Assembly (NCBI GenBank): GCA_034439575.1
Contig: JAWXAQ010000005.1
Span: 32,001 to 96,000 of the forward strand
From: Leptospira sp.
GTDB taxonomy: Bacteria; Spirochaetota; Leptospiria; Leptospirales; Leptospiraceae
Direction of reading: 5' to 3'
Length of the DNA stretch: 64,000 nt
Part shown: one piece after another, positions 1 to 9,315 of the stretch
Layout of the letters: each line of letters begins with the position of its first letter
Numbering within the stretch: the stretch's first letter is position 1
Translations under genes and position numbers: made by a program
The notes under the pieces: model-generated
Told to the model about the DNA's origin: nothing
Database searches by the model: none
Seen by the model: only the letters and a program-made list of their open reading frames with translations

Positions 1-150
1 CTTGGTTTTGCAAATTGGAACACACAAAAAACAAAAAATGATATCTCTGAAGCCGTATTGCACTTCAGAGACCTAGTCTGTATTTTGTATGATGAAAAGG
101 AAGAAACCTCCATCAAACAAGCATTAGAAAAAAAAGGCTCTGGCCCGTAA
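1..150 (+). CDS. 3' end of a CDS entering from the left edge, product unknown
   Basis: Frame 1 is open from base 1 (LGFANWNTQK...EKKGSGP) to TAA at 148-150; too short to assign. Confidence 0.55.
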   Translation, partial: LGFANWNTQKTKNDISEAVLHFRDLVCILYDEKEETSIKQALEKKGSGP

Positions 151-492
151 GCCGGATTCTGTTTTATGCGATCATCTATCTTATGCTCTCTACCCACAAC
201 CTGGCGGGACAGCTCATAACGGTTGCTTACTTGAGATTGCACATCGGAGGGTTTACCTTGCCTTATTTTTTACAAAATAAGCGGTGGGCTCTTACCCCAC
301 CATTTCACCCTTACCAAATTCCAAGTTTTAAAATTGGAATTTGGCAGTATTTTTTCTGTTGCACTTTCCGTATACGATCGGTCACCCTTTCGCATCCCGA
401 GTGTTACTCGGTCCGATTGTCCCCTAGTGTCCGGACTTTCCTCCCCTTTATTTATAATATTATATTTAAAGAGGCGATCGCTCAGCCAGAGC
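137..492 (-). ncRNA. rnpB: RNase P RNA, bacterial type A
   Basis: Minus strand has GAGGAAAGTCCGG, AGTGCAACAGAA, GGTGAAA, GGTAAAC and ACAGAATCCGGCTTA; ends GCTCTGGC/GCCAGAGC pair as P1. Confidence 0.97.
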
Positions 493-590
493 TAAGACTA
501 TTTTTTTTAAATAATTTTGTGAGTCGAGACGATTAAACACTTGGAAATGGCATGATCTATGCAATGATATGTATATTAGCGAGCTTATAA

Positions 591-1046
591 ATGAAAATTA
601 GAAGATTCAACATGCAGATTGCACTTTTACTCGGAGTTTCGCTTAATTTGTACGCAGTCCCTGTGGAAGACAAAGCCATAGACGAGATTCTGAATGAAGT
701 TCGTTTGTCCCGCATTCCCAAAATTATTGAAGTTTTGGAAGAAAAAGGGAACAAAGCTCTACAAATTGATGATTTGAAAAATGCCAAAGAGTATTTGCGA
801 AAGGCATTGGTTTTAAAACAATCCATCGGAATGAAAGATACCGAAGGTAGTGCCAGCATCATCACAAAAATTTCGAAAATCGAAACCAAACTTGGAAATA
901 ACTGCGAAGCAACAAAACTATCCAAATTGGCCAAAAGAATCTATCGTCAAATCGGCGTTAACTTCGGAGCCGTTTCCTTTGAAGAAACACCGGTAAAACC
1001 CGAAGCAACCAATTGCCCTGAAAATCTTACTTGGCTTAAAGACTAA
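591..1046 (+). CDS. Secreted helical (TPR-like) hypothetical protein
   Basis: Hydrophobic N-terminus ending LYA; AKEYLRKAL TPR-like helix. Confidence 0.65.
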   Translation: MKIRRFNMQIALLLGVSLNLYAVPVEDKAIDEILNEVRLSRIPKIIEVLEEKGNKALQIDDLKNAKEYLRKALVLKQSIGMKDTEGSASIITKISKIETKLGNNCEATKLSKLAKRIYRQIGVNFGAVSFEETPVKPEATNCPENLTWLKD

Positions 1047-1444
1047 GATTCTTTTTTCTTAAAGCCAAGAGAGAGAGAATTCACACAATACCGAAGCCCA
1101 GTCGGTTTTGGGCCATCTGGAAACACATGACCTAAATGAGAACCACACTTACTACAATGAATTTCCGTTCGACGCATACCAATGGTCTCATCAACTTCTT
1201 CCTCGATAGCATCTTTGGATACGGCTTGGAAGTAACTCGGCCAGCCACTCCCCGATTCATATTTTGCCTGGGAACTAAATAGTTCCTGCCCACAACAAAT
1301 ACAGAGATAAGTACCTTCCTCCAAATGTTGGTAGTATTCACCAGAAAAAGGTCTTTCTGTCCCTTTATTTTGGGTCACATGGAACGCCAAAGGAGAAAGG
1401 CGTTTTTTCAGTTCTTCTTCTTCGAGTTTGATCTTGTCTTTCAT
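1043..1444 (-). CDS. msrB: Peptide-methionine (R)-S-oxide reductase
   Basis: GTERPF, SGSGWPSY, HLGHVFPDGP, RYCVNS and two CxxC Zn motifs. Confidence 0.97.
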   Translation of the reverse strand: MKDKIKLEEEELKKRLSPLAFHVTQNKGTERPFSGEYYQHLEEGTYLCICCGQELFSSQAKYESGSGWPSYFQAVSKDAIEEEVDETIGMRRTEIHCSKCGSHLGHVFPDGPKPTGLRYCVNSLSLGFKKKES

Positions 1445-1548
1445 TTTGTTTTAGACACTATTTAAGAATTTTGTTTCAGAAGAATCCACCCCTTTTTCGT
1501 GACTGACAGGAAGGCCCCTCGTCTTGAATTTGAAATAAGTATCAGATT

Positions 1549-2403
1549 ATGATTCCCGAATTTCATTTATTCCACGACATTCGCAAGGAAAGACCCAAAG
1601 ACGAGCTTCCCAATTTGTTTACGTGGAATACTTGCCAGAGAACCCTTCGCTTTAGTTTTAAAGATCTTTCGGAGAATCACTCAGAGGATATCGGAGAGCA
1701 CATTACTGGGATTCATGCCTTCGCACTACTTCTTGAAATCGTATGTGGTCTGCACTCTCGCCTTTTTTGCGAAACAGAAATTCTGAGCCAATTTTTAGAT
1801 CGATTCAAAGATTCTAAATTTGAAGAAAATTCCGACAAAGAAAAGATACTTTATTTAAGAGATCTGACTAGTAAGTTTGTGAGTGTAATACGTGAAAAAC
1901 ATATCAATCCCATCTTACTTACATCATATGGCCAATTATTAAAAAAATATATTTCGATAAATAACAAAATAACCATTTTTGGAACAGGAAATTTAACTGA
2001 GTCACTTATCTTTGATTTACAAAAACTAACTAATAACATACGCATCATTGGTAGAAATCCAACTGCCTTAAAAAATTTAAACAAAAAATATGAAGTTACA
2101 ACTCATCGCCTAGAAGAAGAATTAGAAGAGTCTGATGTTTATATCATCGCAACACCTACTTTTTCGGAAGATAAATTGAAATCTTTAATCCATCAAACTC
2201 TAGTTATAGATTTCCGCGAAGAATCTGAACCACATTTTTTTAAAACAGAGAATTATCTTACGATTCACGATCTATTAAAAAATCAAGAACTTACTGCCAA
2301 AGAAATGGAAGATCTTCGTTATAAACTTTCTCTAAAGATTACGGAAGAAGTTAAAAGTTTTGCATTGGCATCATCAATGTTTGATGTTTCATCAAAGGTC
2401 TGA
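1549..2403 (+). CDS. hemA: Glutamyl-tRNA reductase-like protein, copy 1 (divergent)
   Basis: TCQR catalytic Cys motif, VCGLHS..CETEILSQ, GTGNL NADPH motif; clear paralog of 3984..4868. Confidence 0.75.
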   Translation: MIPEFHLFHDIRKERPKDELPNLFTWNTCQRTLRFSFKDLSENHSEDIGEHITGIHAFALLLEIVCGLHSRLFCETEILSQFLDRFKDSKFEENSDKEKILYLRDLTSKFVSVIREKHINPILLTSYGQLLKKYISINNKITIFGTGNLTESLIFDLQKLTNNIRIIGRNPTALKNLNKKYEVTTHRLEEELEESDVYIIATPTFSEDKLKSLIHQTLVIDFREESEPHFFKTENYLTIHDLLKNQELTAKEMEDLRYKLSLKITEEVKSFALASSMFDVSSKV

Positions 2404-2404
2404 T

Positions 2405-3928
2405 GTGGATACAATACGGATAGGTGCCAGATCTTCTACCCTGTCGAAACTCCAAGCAATTTCTGTCGGTCAAAAGTTGATCGAGAAAAATCAAAATTTG
2501 AAAATCGAATATTTCTTTCGTGAAACCTTGGGAGATAAAAATTTAGAAGCCCCCTTACAAAGTTTAAGTGGCCAAGGTGTTTTTACTCGCGAATTAGAAG
2601 ATGATTTACACACAAATAAAATAGATCTCATCGTTCATTCATGGAAAGATTTGGATTTAGAAGAAAGGCCAGGAAGTAGTATATTCTCTGTTTTGCCAAG
2701 AGCTGACCAAAGGGATCTAATACTTTTCAAACCAGAAATAAAAACATGTTCAGAAATCCAGATTCTAAGTTCATCACCCAGAAGAACGTACCAATTACAT
2801 TCTTTTTTGAAAGATCACCTTCCGCTATCGTTGCGATCAAAAGATATAAATTTTGTTTCGGTACGAGGGAATATACAAACGCGTCTTAAAAAATTCTTTA
2901 ATTCAGAATCTACGGGAATCGTCATCGCAAAAGCTGCTATCGATCGTTTGCTGACTCCTATTCTTTTAAAAGAATATAAGGAAGAGTTTCTCCGCACATC
3001 AGAATTTGTAAGGGAGTCATTAAATCAATGTTTGTTTATCATTCCTCCACTTTCCATTTGTCCCAATGCACCAGCGCAAGGTACTTTGGCCGCACAAATT
3101 AGAGAAAATGATGAGAAATTAGCTAATTATCTCAAAGAAATTCAGGATATGGAAACAGAAACTTGTTCTGTCAAAGAAAGAGAAGCGCTTAGAAAATATG
3201 GAGGCGGTTGTCATCAAAAAATCGGAGTGAGTTATCTGATTCGTCCATACGGGACCATTGAATACACCAATGGTGAAACGGAGGACAATATACAAATTTC
3301 AGAGCGCAGAATTTTAAATACAAAGATTCAAAAATTTCACAGATCAGAAGTTTGGCCACCTAATGCAAAGATGGCGGGAAGGCAAAGAGAAAGATTAGAT
3401 TTTAAAATTCCTCCAAATTCCAATTTTTTTGTAGGAAGGGGTTATGCTTTTCCATCCGATTTAATCATACATTCCCCAAAACAAATTATATGGACAGCGG
3501 GCCTTACCACTTGGAAAGATTTAGCAAATAGGGATGTCTGGGTAAATGGAACAGTCGATGGTCTCGGTGAAGCGGAACCAATTGGCATAGATACTATGTT
3601 AGGCTATAAAGCAAATTTTGTAAAACTCTCACATGCAGACTCTGATTCTAATTTTAGTCAATACCCTCTTATTTCTACATACCGAGTTTCTTCCCCTGAA
3701 ATTCCTTCCGATTTTGATCCTTCGAAAATCAAAGCCGCTTTTTGGCGAAGTAGCACGGAATACGAAATCATTACAAAAAAATATCCCGAACTTAAAAGTG
3801 TGATTCATTTTGTCGGTCCCGGTTCCACATATACTAAACTAAAGCGAGAATTAGGTAAACAAGCAGAATCCAGGATATTCGTATCTCTTTCCTATGAAGA
3901 CTGGCATGCAGAAAATACTTATGAATAA
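2405..3928 (+). CDS. hemC: Hydroxymethylbilane synthase with long C-terminal (HemD-like) extension, copy 1
   Basis: IRIGARSSTLSKLQ, GVFTRELE, VHSWKD, SSPRR, RGNIQTR, GGGCHQ cofactor Cys; GTG 2405 preferred over TTG 2360. Confidence 0.9.
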   Translation: MDTIRIGARSSTLSKLQAISVGQKLIEKNQNLKIEYFFRETLGDKNLEAPLQSLSGQGVFTRELEDDLHTNKIDLIVHSWKDLDLEERPGSSIFSVLPRADQRDLILFKPEIKTCSEIQILSSSPRRTYQLHSFLKDHLPLSLRSKDINFVSVRGNIQTRLKKFFNSESTGIVIAKAAIDRLLTPILLKEYKEEFLRTSEFVRESLNQCLFIIPPLSICPNAPAQGTLAAQIRENDEKLANYLKEIQDMETETCSVKEREALRKYGGGCHQKIGVSYLIRPYGTIEYTNGETEDNIQISERRILNTKIQKFHRSEVWPPNAKMAGRQRERLDFKIPPNSNFFVGRGYAFPSDLIIHSPKQIIWTAGLTTWKDLANRDVWVNGTVDGLGEAEPIGIDTMLGYKANFVKLSHADSDSNFSQYPLISTYRVSSPEIPSDFDPSKIKAAFWRSSTEYEIITKKYPELKSVIHFVGPGSTYTKLKRELGKQAESRIFVSLSYEDWHAENTYE

Positions 3929-3936
3929 ATTCGAAA

Positions 3937-3952
3937 TGACAGTCCTGTGACA
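3937..3952 (+). promoter_or_regulatory. HemR-type box TGACA-N6-TGACA
   Basis: TGACAgtcctgTGACA, the direct repeat described for Leptospira HemR, 31 nt before a hemA start. Confidence 0.85.
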
Positions 3953-3971
3953 CAGGGGAAAAAAAATTTAG

Positions 3972-3977
3972 TATAAT
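3972..3977 (+). promoter_or_regulatory. Sigma70 -10 box of hemA copy 2, probably leaderless transcript
   Basis: TATAAT ending 6 nt before ATG 3984; no SD between them. Confidence 0.65.
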
Positions 3978-3983
3978 TAGATT

Positions 3984-4868
3984 ATGTGGTCTAGTTTGGT
4001 ATTAGTACATAATGATCATGAAAATAGAATAAAAACAGAATTTCCTAATTTTGTATCATGGCATACTTGTATGCGATCTATATATCTAAGCGATGAACGT
4101 TTGCTAAGCGTTGATATCAAAAATAGATTCTCAGATGAATACCAAATTTTTTATGGTTACGATGCCTATTCTTTTTTGATTCAAATTGTATGTGGACTTC
4201 ATTCTAAACTTTTCGGTGAATCCGAAATCCAAGCACAATTCTGTGATTCATTTTCTAAAGAAAAATTGCCCGATAATTCTTTATCCGCATTTTTACTAAA
4301 ACTTCGTGATCAAATATTAGAACATACGAAAATTGTAAGAACTAAATTTTTGATTGGAATCGGAAAACAAAGTTATGGTAGTTTAACAGAAAAATACATT
4401 TCAAAATACAATCGTATAGATTTGATTGGCACTGGAAATTTGGCTGAATCCTTATTGCCCTATCTCAAAACTAAAAATAGGCAGGTTAATGTTTTCGGAA
4501 GAAACAAAACACGTTTAAACTCATTAAAAGAAATATTCAATATCCAGACTTTTGATCTCGAAGACTACATTCCAAATCCAAATCCTGTTATCATTGCGGT
4601 AACTGACATGGATGAAAATAAAACTAAACTTTTTCATCTATCAAATTGTATCATTGATTTTAGAGAAAATTCAAAAACAAACTCTTTAGTCAAATTGAAA
4701 AAATATATTCCATTCACTACTCTCTTAGGTTCGATTCGGGAAACAAACATTCTGATCCGAGAATTAAAACCAAAAATCGAATTATTAATCGCTGATTTGA
4801 CTGAATTAAGGCAAGATGAACAGACTCATTTCATGAATGGTTGGGAAGATCTAACACACGCATGCTGA
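3984..4868 (+). CDS. hemA: Glutamyl-tRNA reductase, copy 2
   Basis: TCMR, VCGLHSKLFGESEIQAQ, GTGNLA motifs. Confidence 0.88.
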   Translation: MWSSLVLVHNDHENRIKTEFPNFVSWHTCMRSIYLSDERLLSVDIKNRFSDEYQIFYGYDAYSFLIQIVCGLHSKLFGESEIQAQFCDSFSKEKLPDNSLSAFLLKLRDQILEHTKIVRTKFLIGIGKQSYGSLTEKYISKYNRIDLIGTGNLAESLLPYLKTKNRQVNVFGRNKTRLNSLKEIFNIQTFDLEDYIPNPNPVIIAVTDMDENKTKLFHLSNCIIDFRENSKTNSLVKLKKYIPFTTLLGSIRETNILIRELKPKIELLIADLTELRQDEQTHFMNGWEDLTHAC

Positions 4869-6016
4869 TACGAATTGGTTCCAGGGCTTCTACACTGGCA
4901 AAAATACAAAGTTATTTGGTCGGGAAGGCACTCATCGAAAGTAATTCAGATATAAAAATTCAATATACTTTTTTAGAATCTCAAGGTGATAAGGATTTAG
5001 AAAGCCCCTTATGGAAAATATCTGGTCAAGGAATTTTCACTAAGGAACTCCAGGATAAATTATTTTCGAATGAAGTTGATATGATCGTACATTCATGGAA
5101 GGATTTGGATTTATTAGAAAGAGAACATACTGAAGTTATCTCTGTATTAAAAAGAGAAGATGCACGCGATATTTTGTTAGTTAAAAGAAATTACTTGAAT
5201 AGCAACATGGAAAAGATTTCCATTATGACATCTTCACCAAGGCGCGGATATAATTTAACACCATTTATACGTAAATATTTTCCTAATCCTTATTCAAATT
5301 TGGTAACAAATTTTGTTTCCGTAAGAGGAAATATTCAAACACGACTTCGAAAATTTATAGAATCAGATAATATTTGTATCATATTAGCGAAAGCGGCGCT
5401 TGATCGTTTGTTGTCCTCTAAAGATTTAGATACAGAGATTTGCGAATTAAAAGAAATACGTTCCTACATTCATTCAGTATTGCAAAAATGTTTATTTATG
5501 GTTTTACCTTTGTCCGAAAATCCAAGTGCACCCGCCCAAGGTGCCATATGTGTGGAGATTAGAAAAAAAGATGAAAAAATTCGAGAAACCTTACAGACAT
5601 TAATTGATATTGAAACGCAAAGGAATGTATCAGAAGAAAGACAAATATTAAAAAAGTATGGTGGTGGTTGTCACCAAAAAATCGGTGTTAGTGTGCTTAC
5701 TTCAAATCAAAACAAAATTCTTTCCATTAAAGGTGAGACCGATCAAGGAGAAATACTAAAATATATAGAAATAAATAGATCGAGACAAAATAAAAAAGAA
5801 TTCATTTTATCTCAAGAGTTCCAAAACCAAAAAACATTGGATAAAATTCATTACGATCCTTCTTGTCAAATCCTCTGGACGAATGATTTACCAATATGGG
5901 AAACACTTGCCAAAGAAGGGATTTGGGTTCATGGTAGTAATGAAGGATTTGGTTTTGATACAACTCACATAGATAAAATCATGCCCAATCCTCGTTCATT
6001 AATAAGTATTTCCTAA
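4862..6016 (+). CDS. hemC: Hydroxymethylbilane synthase, copy 2, short C-terminal extension
   Basis: IRIGSRASTLAKIQ, VHSWKD, SSPRR, RGNIQTR, GGGCHQ; ATG 4862 overlaps the hemA2 stop. Confidence 0.9.
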   Translation: MLIRIGSRASTLAKIQSYLVGKALIESNSDIKIQYTFLESQGDKDLESPLWKISGQGIFTKELQDKLFSNEVDMIVHSWKDLDLLEREHTEVISVLKREDARDILLVKRNYLNSNMEKISIMTSSPRRGYNLTPFIRKYFPNPYSNLVTNFVSVRGNIQTRLRKFIESDNICIILAKAALDRLLSSKDLDTEICELKEIRSYIHSVLQKCLFMVLPLSENPSAPAQGAICVEIRKKDEKIRETLQTLIDIETQRNVSEERQILKKYGGGCHQKIGVSVLTSNQNKILSIKGETDQGEILKYIEINRSRQNKKEFILSQEFQNQKTLDKIHYDPSCQILWTNDLPIWETLAKEGIWVHGSNEGFGFDTTHIDKIMPNPRSLISIS

Positions 6017-6024
6017 CAAAATAT

Positions 6025-6981
6025 ATGACAGCACAAAACCTACGAAGAACTAAATCACATTCTACATTATTATCATTATCAGATTCGGGATCATTAAATT
6101 ACAAAAAAATGATACAACCTCTCTTTTTGGTCGAAGGAATAGATAAAAAAGAACCTTTAGCGGGACTAACAAATGTTTTCCGAGATACAGAATTTTCTAT
6201 TTTAAAACAAATTGAAGAGGATTTAAAAAATGATATTCATCAATTTATCTTATTTACGATACCCAAAGAAAAATCAGATCAAAAATTCTCATCGGAATTT
6301 TATAGTCGTACTATTGGAAAGATCAAAAAAGAATTTCCGGAAATATTTCTTTGGCTGGATACTTGCGTCTGTTCTGTGACGACACATGGTCATTGTGGAC
6401 ACTTAGATGAAAATGGAAAAATAGACAACGAAGCCTCCGTCAGTAGATTATCTAAACTTGCTCTCCTATTTGCTGAATCAGGTGCGGATGGAATCGCTCC
6501 GAGTGATATGATGGATGGAAGAGTATTAGCACATAGGAATATTCTAAATCAAAATGGTTTTTCTCATATTCCGATTATGAGTTATTCCACAAAATTTAAA
6601 AGTAATTTTTATGGACCCTTTCGAGCTGCTGCAGATTCCTCTCCCAAAATGGGTGATCGATCGTCCTACCAATTGAATATAAATGATAAAAATCAAGCGA
6701 TTCTCGCATCCATTCGTGATGCAGAAGAAGGTGCTGATTTTCTGATGCTAAAACCTGGATTGACTTCATTAGATTTGGTGGCACCGATCAAAGAAGCCAC
6801 CTTATTACCTTTAGGAGCTTTTCAAGTTAGCGGTGAATATGCGGCGATTAACTTACTAGCTGAAAATGGTTTTTTAGAAAGAAAAGATGGAATCGTAGAA
6901 ACTTGGAATGTTTTCCGAAGAGCAGGCATATCCTTTCTGATAACTTACGCGGCAAGGGAAGCTAAAAAAATATATTTATGA
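6025..6981 (+). CDS. hemB: Porphobilinogen synthase
   Basis: [11 protein letters not shown] Zn site, [18 protein letters not shown]. Confidence 0.97.
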   Translation: MTAQNLRRTKSHSTLLSLSDSGSLNYKKMIQPLFLVEGIDKKEPLAGLTNVFRDTEFSILKQIEEDLKNDIHQFILFTIPKEKSDQKFSSEFYSRTIGKIKKEFPEIFLWLDTCVCSVTTHGHCGHLDENGKIDNEASVSRLSKLALLFAESGADGIAPSDMMDGRVLAHRNILNQNGFSHIPIMSYSTKFKSNFYGPFRAAADSSPKMGDRSSYQLNINDKNQAILASIRDAEEGADFLMLKPGLTSLDLVAPIKEATLLPLGAFQVSGEYAAINLLAENGFLERKDGIVETWNVFRRAGISFLITYAAREAKKIYL

Positions 6982-8258
6982 AATCAGACGAACTTTTCGA
7001 AAGAGCCAAATTAGTTTCCCCAGGTGGAGTTCATTCACCAGTTCGATCCTTCGCATCTGTCGGCGGAAACCCTGTCTTTTTTAAATCCGCTATGGGTGCA
7101 CACCTAACTGATGTTGATGGAAAAGAATATATAGATTATTGCCAAAGTTTTGGTCCATTGTTATTTGGTCATCGTCATCCAGAGATTGCAGAAGTAGTTC
7201 GCGAAACAATTGAAACAGCGTGGTCGTTCGGTGCTTGTGAACCCTATTCACTCGCATTGGCAGAATTCATAGTTTCAAAAATTCCATTTATTGAAAAAAT
7301 CAGATTTGTTAATTCAGGAACCGAAGCTGTCATGAGCGCATTAAGAGTCGCCCGTGCAGCAACAGGTAGATCCAAAATATTAAAGTTTGATGGATGTTAT
7401 CATGGTCATTTAGATGCCTTACTTGTCAAAGCAGGATCTGGTTTAGCAGGACTTAGCTCTAGTGATAGTGCAGGAATCGGGGAAGAATTAATCCAAAATA
7501 CTCTTGTTCTCCCCTTAGATGATGATGAATCATTGATTCAACTTTTTGAAAGAGAAGGAAAAAATATTAGTGTGGTAGCTATTGAGCCTTTACCAGCTAA
7601 CTATGGATTATTGCCACAAAGGATTGAATTTTTAAAAAATATTGCGACCTTAGCAAAAAAATATGGTACCTTACTTCTGTTTGATGAAGTCATATCTGGT
7701 TTTCGAATGGGATTCCAAGGAATGGCAGGACTTCTTGGTATTGAACCGGATATAGTTTGTTATGGCAAAATCATCGGCGGTGGGTTTCCAGTGGGCGCTT
7801 ATGCAGGTAAGGCGATTTTTATGGACTTGGTCGCCCCGCAAGGTAAAGTTTACCAAGCAGGTACTCTTTCGGCAAACCCACTTGGCATGAGGGCTGGACT
7901 TGCCACTTTATCAAAAGCCTGGAAAGAAGACCCCTATCCACTTATTGCCGAATCTACAAAATTTCTCACATCAAACTTAACTTCCATAATCAATGAAAAA
8001 TCAGACTTCGAATGGGAATCTGTAAATGAAGGTTCATTATTTTGGTTAAAACAAAAAACAAATGAACAGATTCGGAAAGTCTCTTCCATCCCTAAGGGTC
8101 ATAAAGAAAATTTTGCGAAATTATTTCACGCTTTATTAAAAGAAGGAATTTATTTAGCACCTAGCGGATATGAAGTGGGATTTTTATCTACAGCCCATAC
8201 AAAAGAAATTTTATCTGAGACATTGGATAAAACAAGAACAGCTATGAAAAAATTATAA
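6978..8258 (+). CDS. hemL: Glutamate-1-semialdehyde 2,1-aminomutase
   Basis: [33 protein letters not shown]. Confidence 0.97.
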   Translation: MKSDELFERAKLVSPGGVHSPVRSFASVGGNPVFFKSAMGAHLTDVDGKEYIDYCQSFGPLLFGHRHPEIAEVVRETIETAWSFGACEPYSLALAEFIVSKIPFIEKIRFVNSGTEAVMSALRVARAATGRSKILKFDGCYHGHLDALLVKAGSGLAGLSSSDSAGIGEELIQNTLVLPLDDDESLIQLFEREGKNISVVAIEPLPANYGLLPQRIEFLKNIATLAKKYGTLLLFDEVISGFRMGFQGMAGLLGIEPDIVCYGKIIGGGFPVGAYAGKAIFMDLVAPQGKVYQAGTLSANPLGMRAGLATLSKAWKEDPYPLIAESTKFLTSNLTSIINEKSDFEWESVNEGSLFWLKQKTNEQIRKVSSIPKGHKENFAKLFHALLKEGIYLAPSGYEVGFLSTAHTKEILSETLDKTRTAMKKL

Positions 8259-8259
8259 A

Positions 8260-9315
8260 ATGCAAACAAAAACTCAATTAGAAATAATCAATCCCCGATT
8301 TTCAAACGCCATTCAACAAATACCCCAATCAATCCCACCTATATGGTTTATGCGTCAAGCTGGAAGATACCATTCCCATTATAGAAAACTTAAAGAAAAA
8401 TATTCATTTTTAGAACTTTGCAAAAAACCAGAACTCGCCGCAGAAGTAGCATTAGGTCCTGTAAAAGAATTCGGTTTTGATGTTTCTATTTTATTTTCAG
8501 ATCTTCTCTTTCCTCTGGAAGCTTTGGGAATGAATCTCGAGTATGCACCCGGACCCAAACTTTCTTTCAATATACAGAATATTAATCAAATTAATAATCT
8601 TCTCCCTATTGAAGAGGCAATTTCCAAATTAGAATTTCAAAAATCAGCCTTACAACTAACGAGAGAAATCCTTCCAAAAGATGTATCCTTAATTGGGTTT
8701 ATTGGTGGACCTTGGACTTTATTTACTTATGCCGCAGAAGGAAAACACGATGGGAATCTAAAATTTGCTAAATCACATCCAATTTTAGTTGAAGCATTTT
8801 ATGAAAAAATAATTCCTTTATTGAAAAAGAATATCACATTACAAATGGAAGGTGGAGCTGAAATAGTCATGATCTTTGATACTGCCGCAGGAGAACTTGA
8901 CTTTCATTCTTTCCACAAATATGTCATAGGGCCATTAAAATTATTATGTGAAAATTATCCTGGAAGAATTGGATATTATGCAAAGGGAACTACAGAAATA
9001 CAAATGAGTTTACTCAAATCAGTGAATGGTCTTTCGGGTTTTGGAATCGATCATAGATTTGATTTATCAAGTATGCTATTAGATCAAAATCGATATGGAT
9101 TTCTTCAAGGAAATTTTGATCAATCTTTACTATTTATGGAACGAGAGGACTTAACTAAAGCCTTAGATATATATTTAAAACCTATTCTTAGCTTATCAAA
9201 ATTAGAAAGAAAAGGATGGGTCGCAGGACTCGGACATGGTATATTGCAATTCACTCCAGAAGACAGCGTTAAATTGATAATTGATACAATCAGAGAACGA
9301 TGCGATGTTAACTAA
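8260..9315 (+). CDS. hemE: Uroporphyrinogen decarboxylase
   Basis: PIWFMRQAGRY, FSD, GFIGGPWT, LGHG. Confidence 0.97.
   Translation: MQTKTQLEIINPRFSNAIQQIPQSIPPIWFMRQAGRYHSHYRKLKEKYSFLELCKKPELAAEVALGPVKEFGFDVSILFSDLLFPLEALGMNLEYAPGPKLSFNIQNINQINNLLPIEEAISKLEFQKSALQLTREILPKDVSLIGFIGGPWTLFTYAAEGKHDGNLKFAKSHPILVEAFYEKIIPLLKKNITLQMEGGAEIVMIFDTAAGELDFHSFHKYVIGPLKLLCENYPGRIGYYAKGTTEIQMSLLKSVNGLSGFGIDHRFDLSSMLLDQNRYGFLQGNFDQSLLFMEREDLTKALDIYLKPILSLSKLERKGWVAGLGHGILQFTPEDSVKLIIDTIRERCDVN

Noticed and set aside
183-536. 117-aa ORF on the + strand
   Set aside because: It is the antisense of rnpB, a well-known spurious ORF
1549-6016. hemA-hemC duplication as an assembly artefact
   Set aside because: The copies are strongly diverged in protein sequence and length
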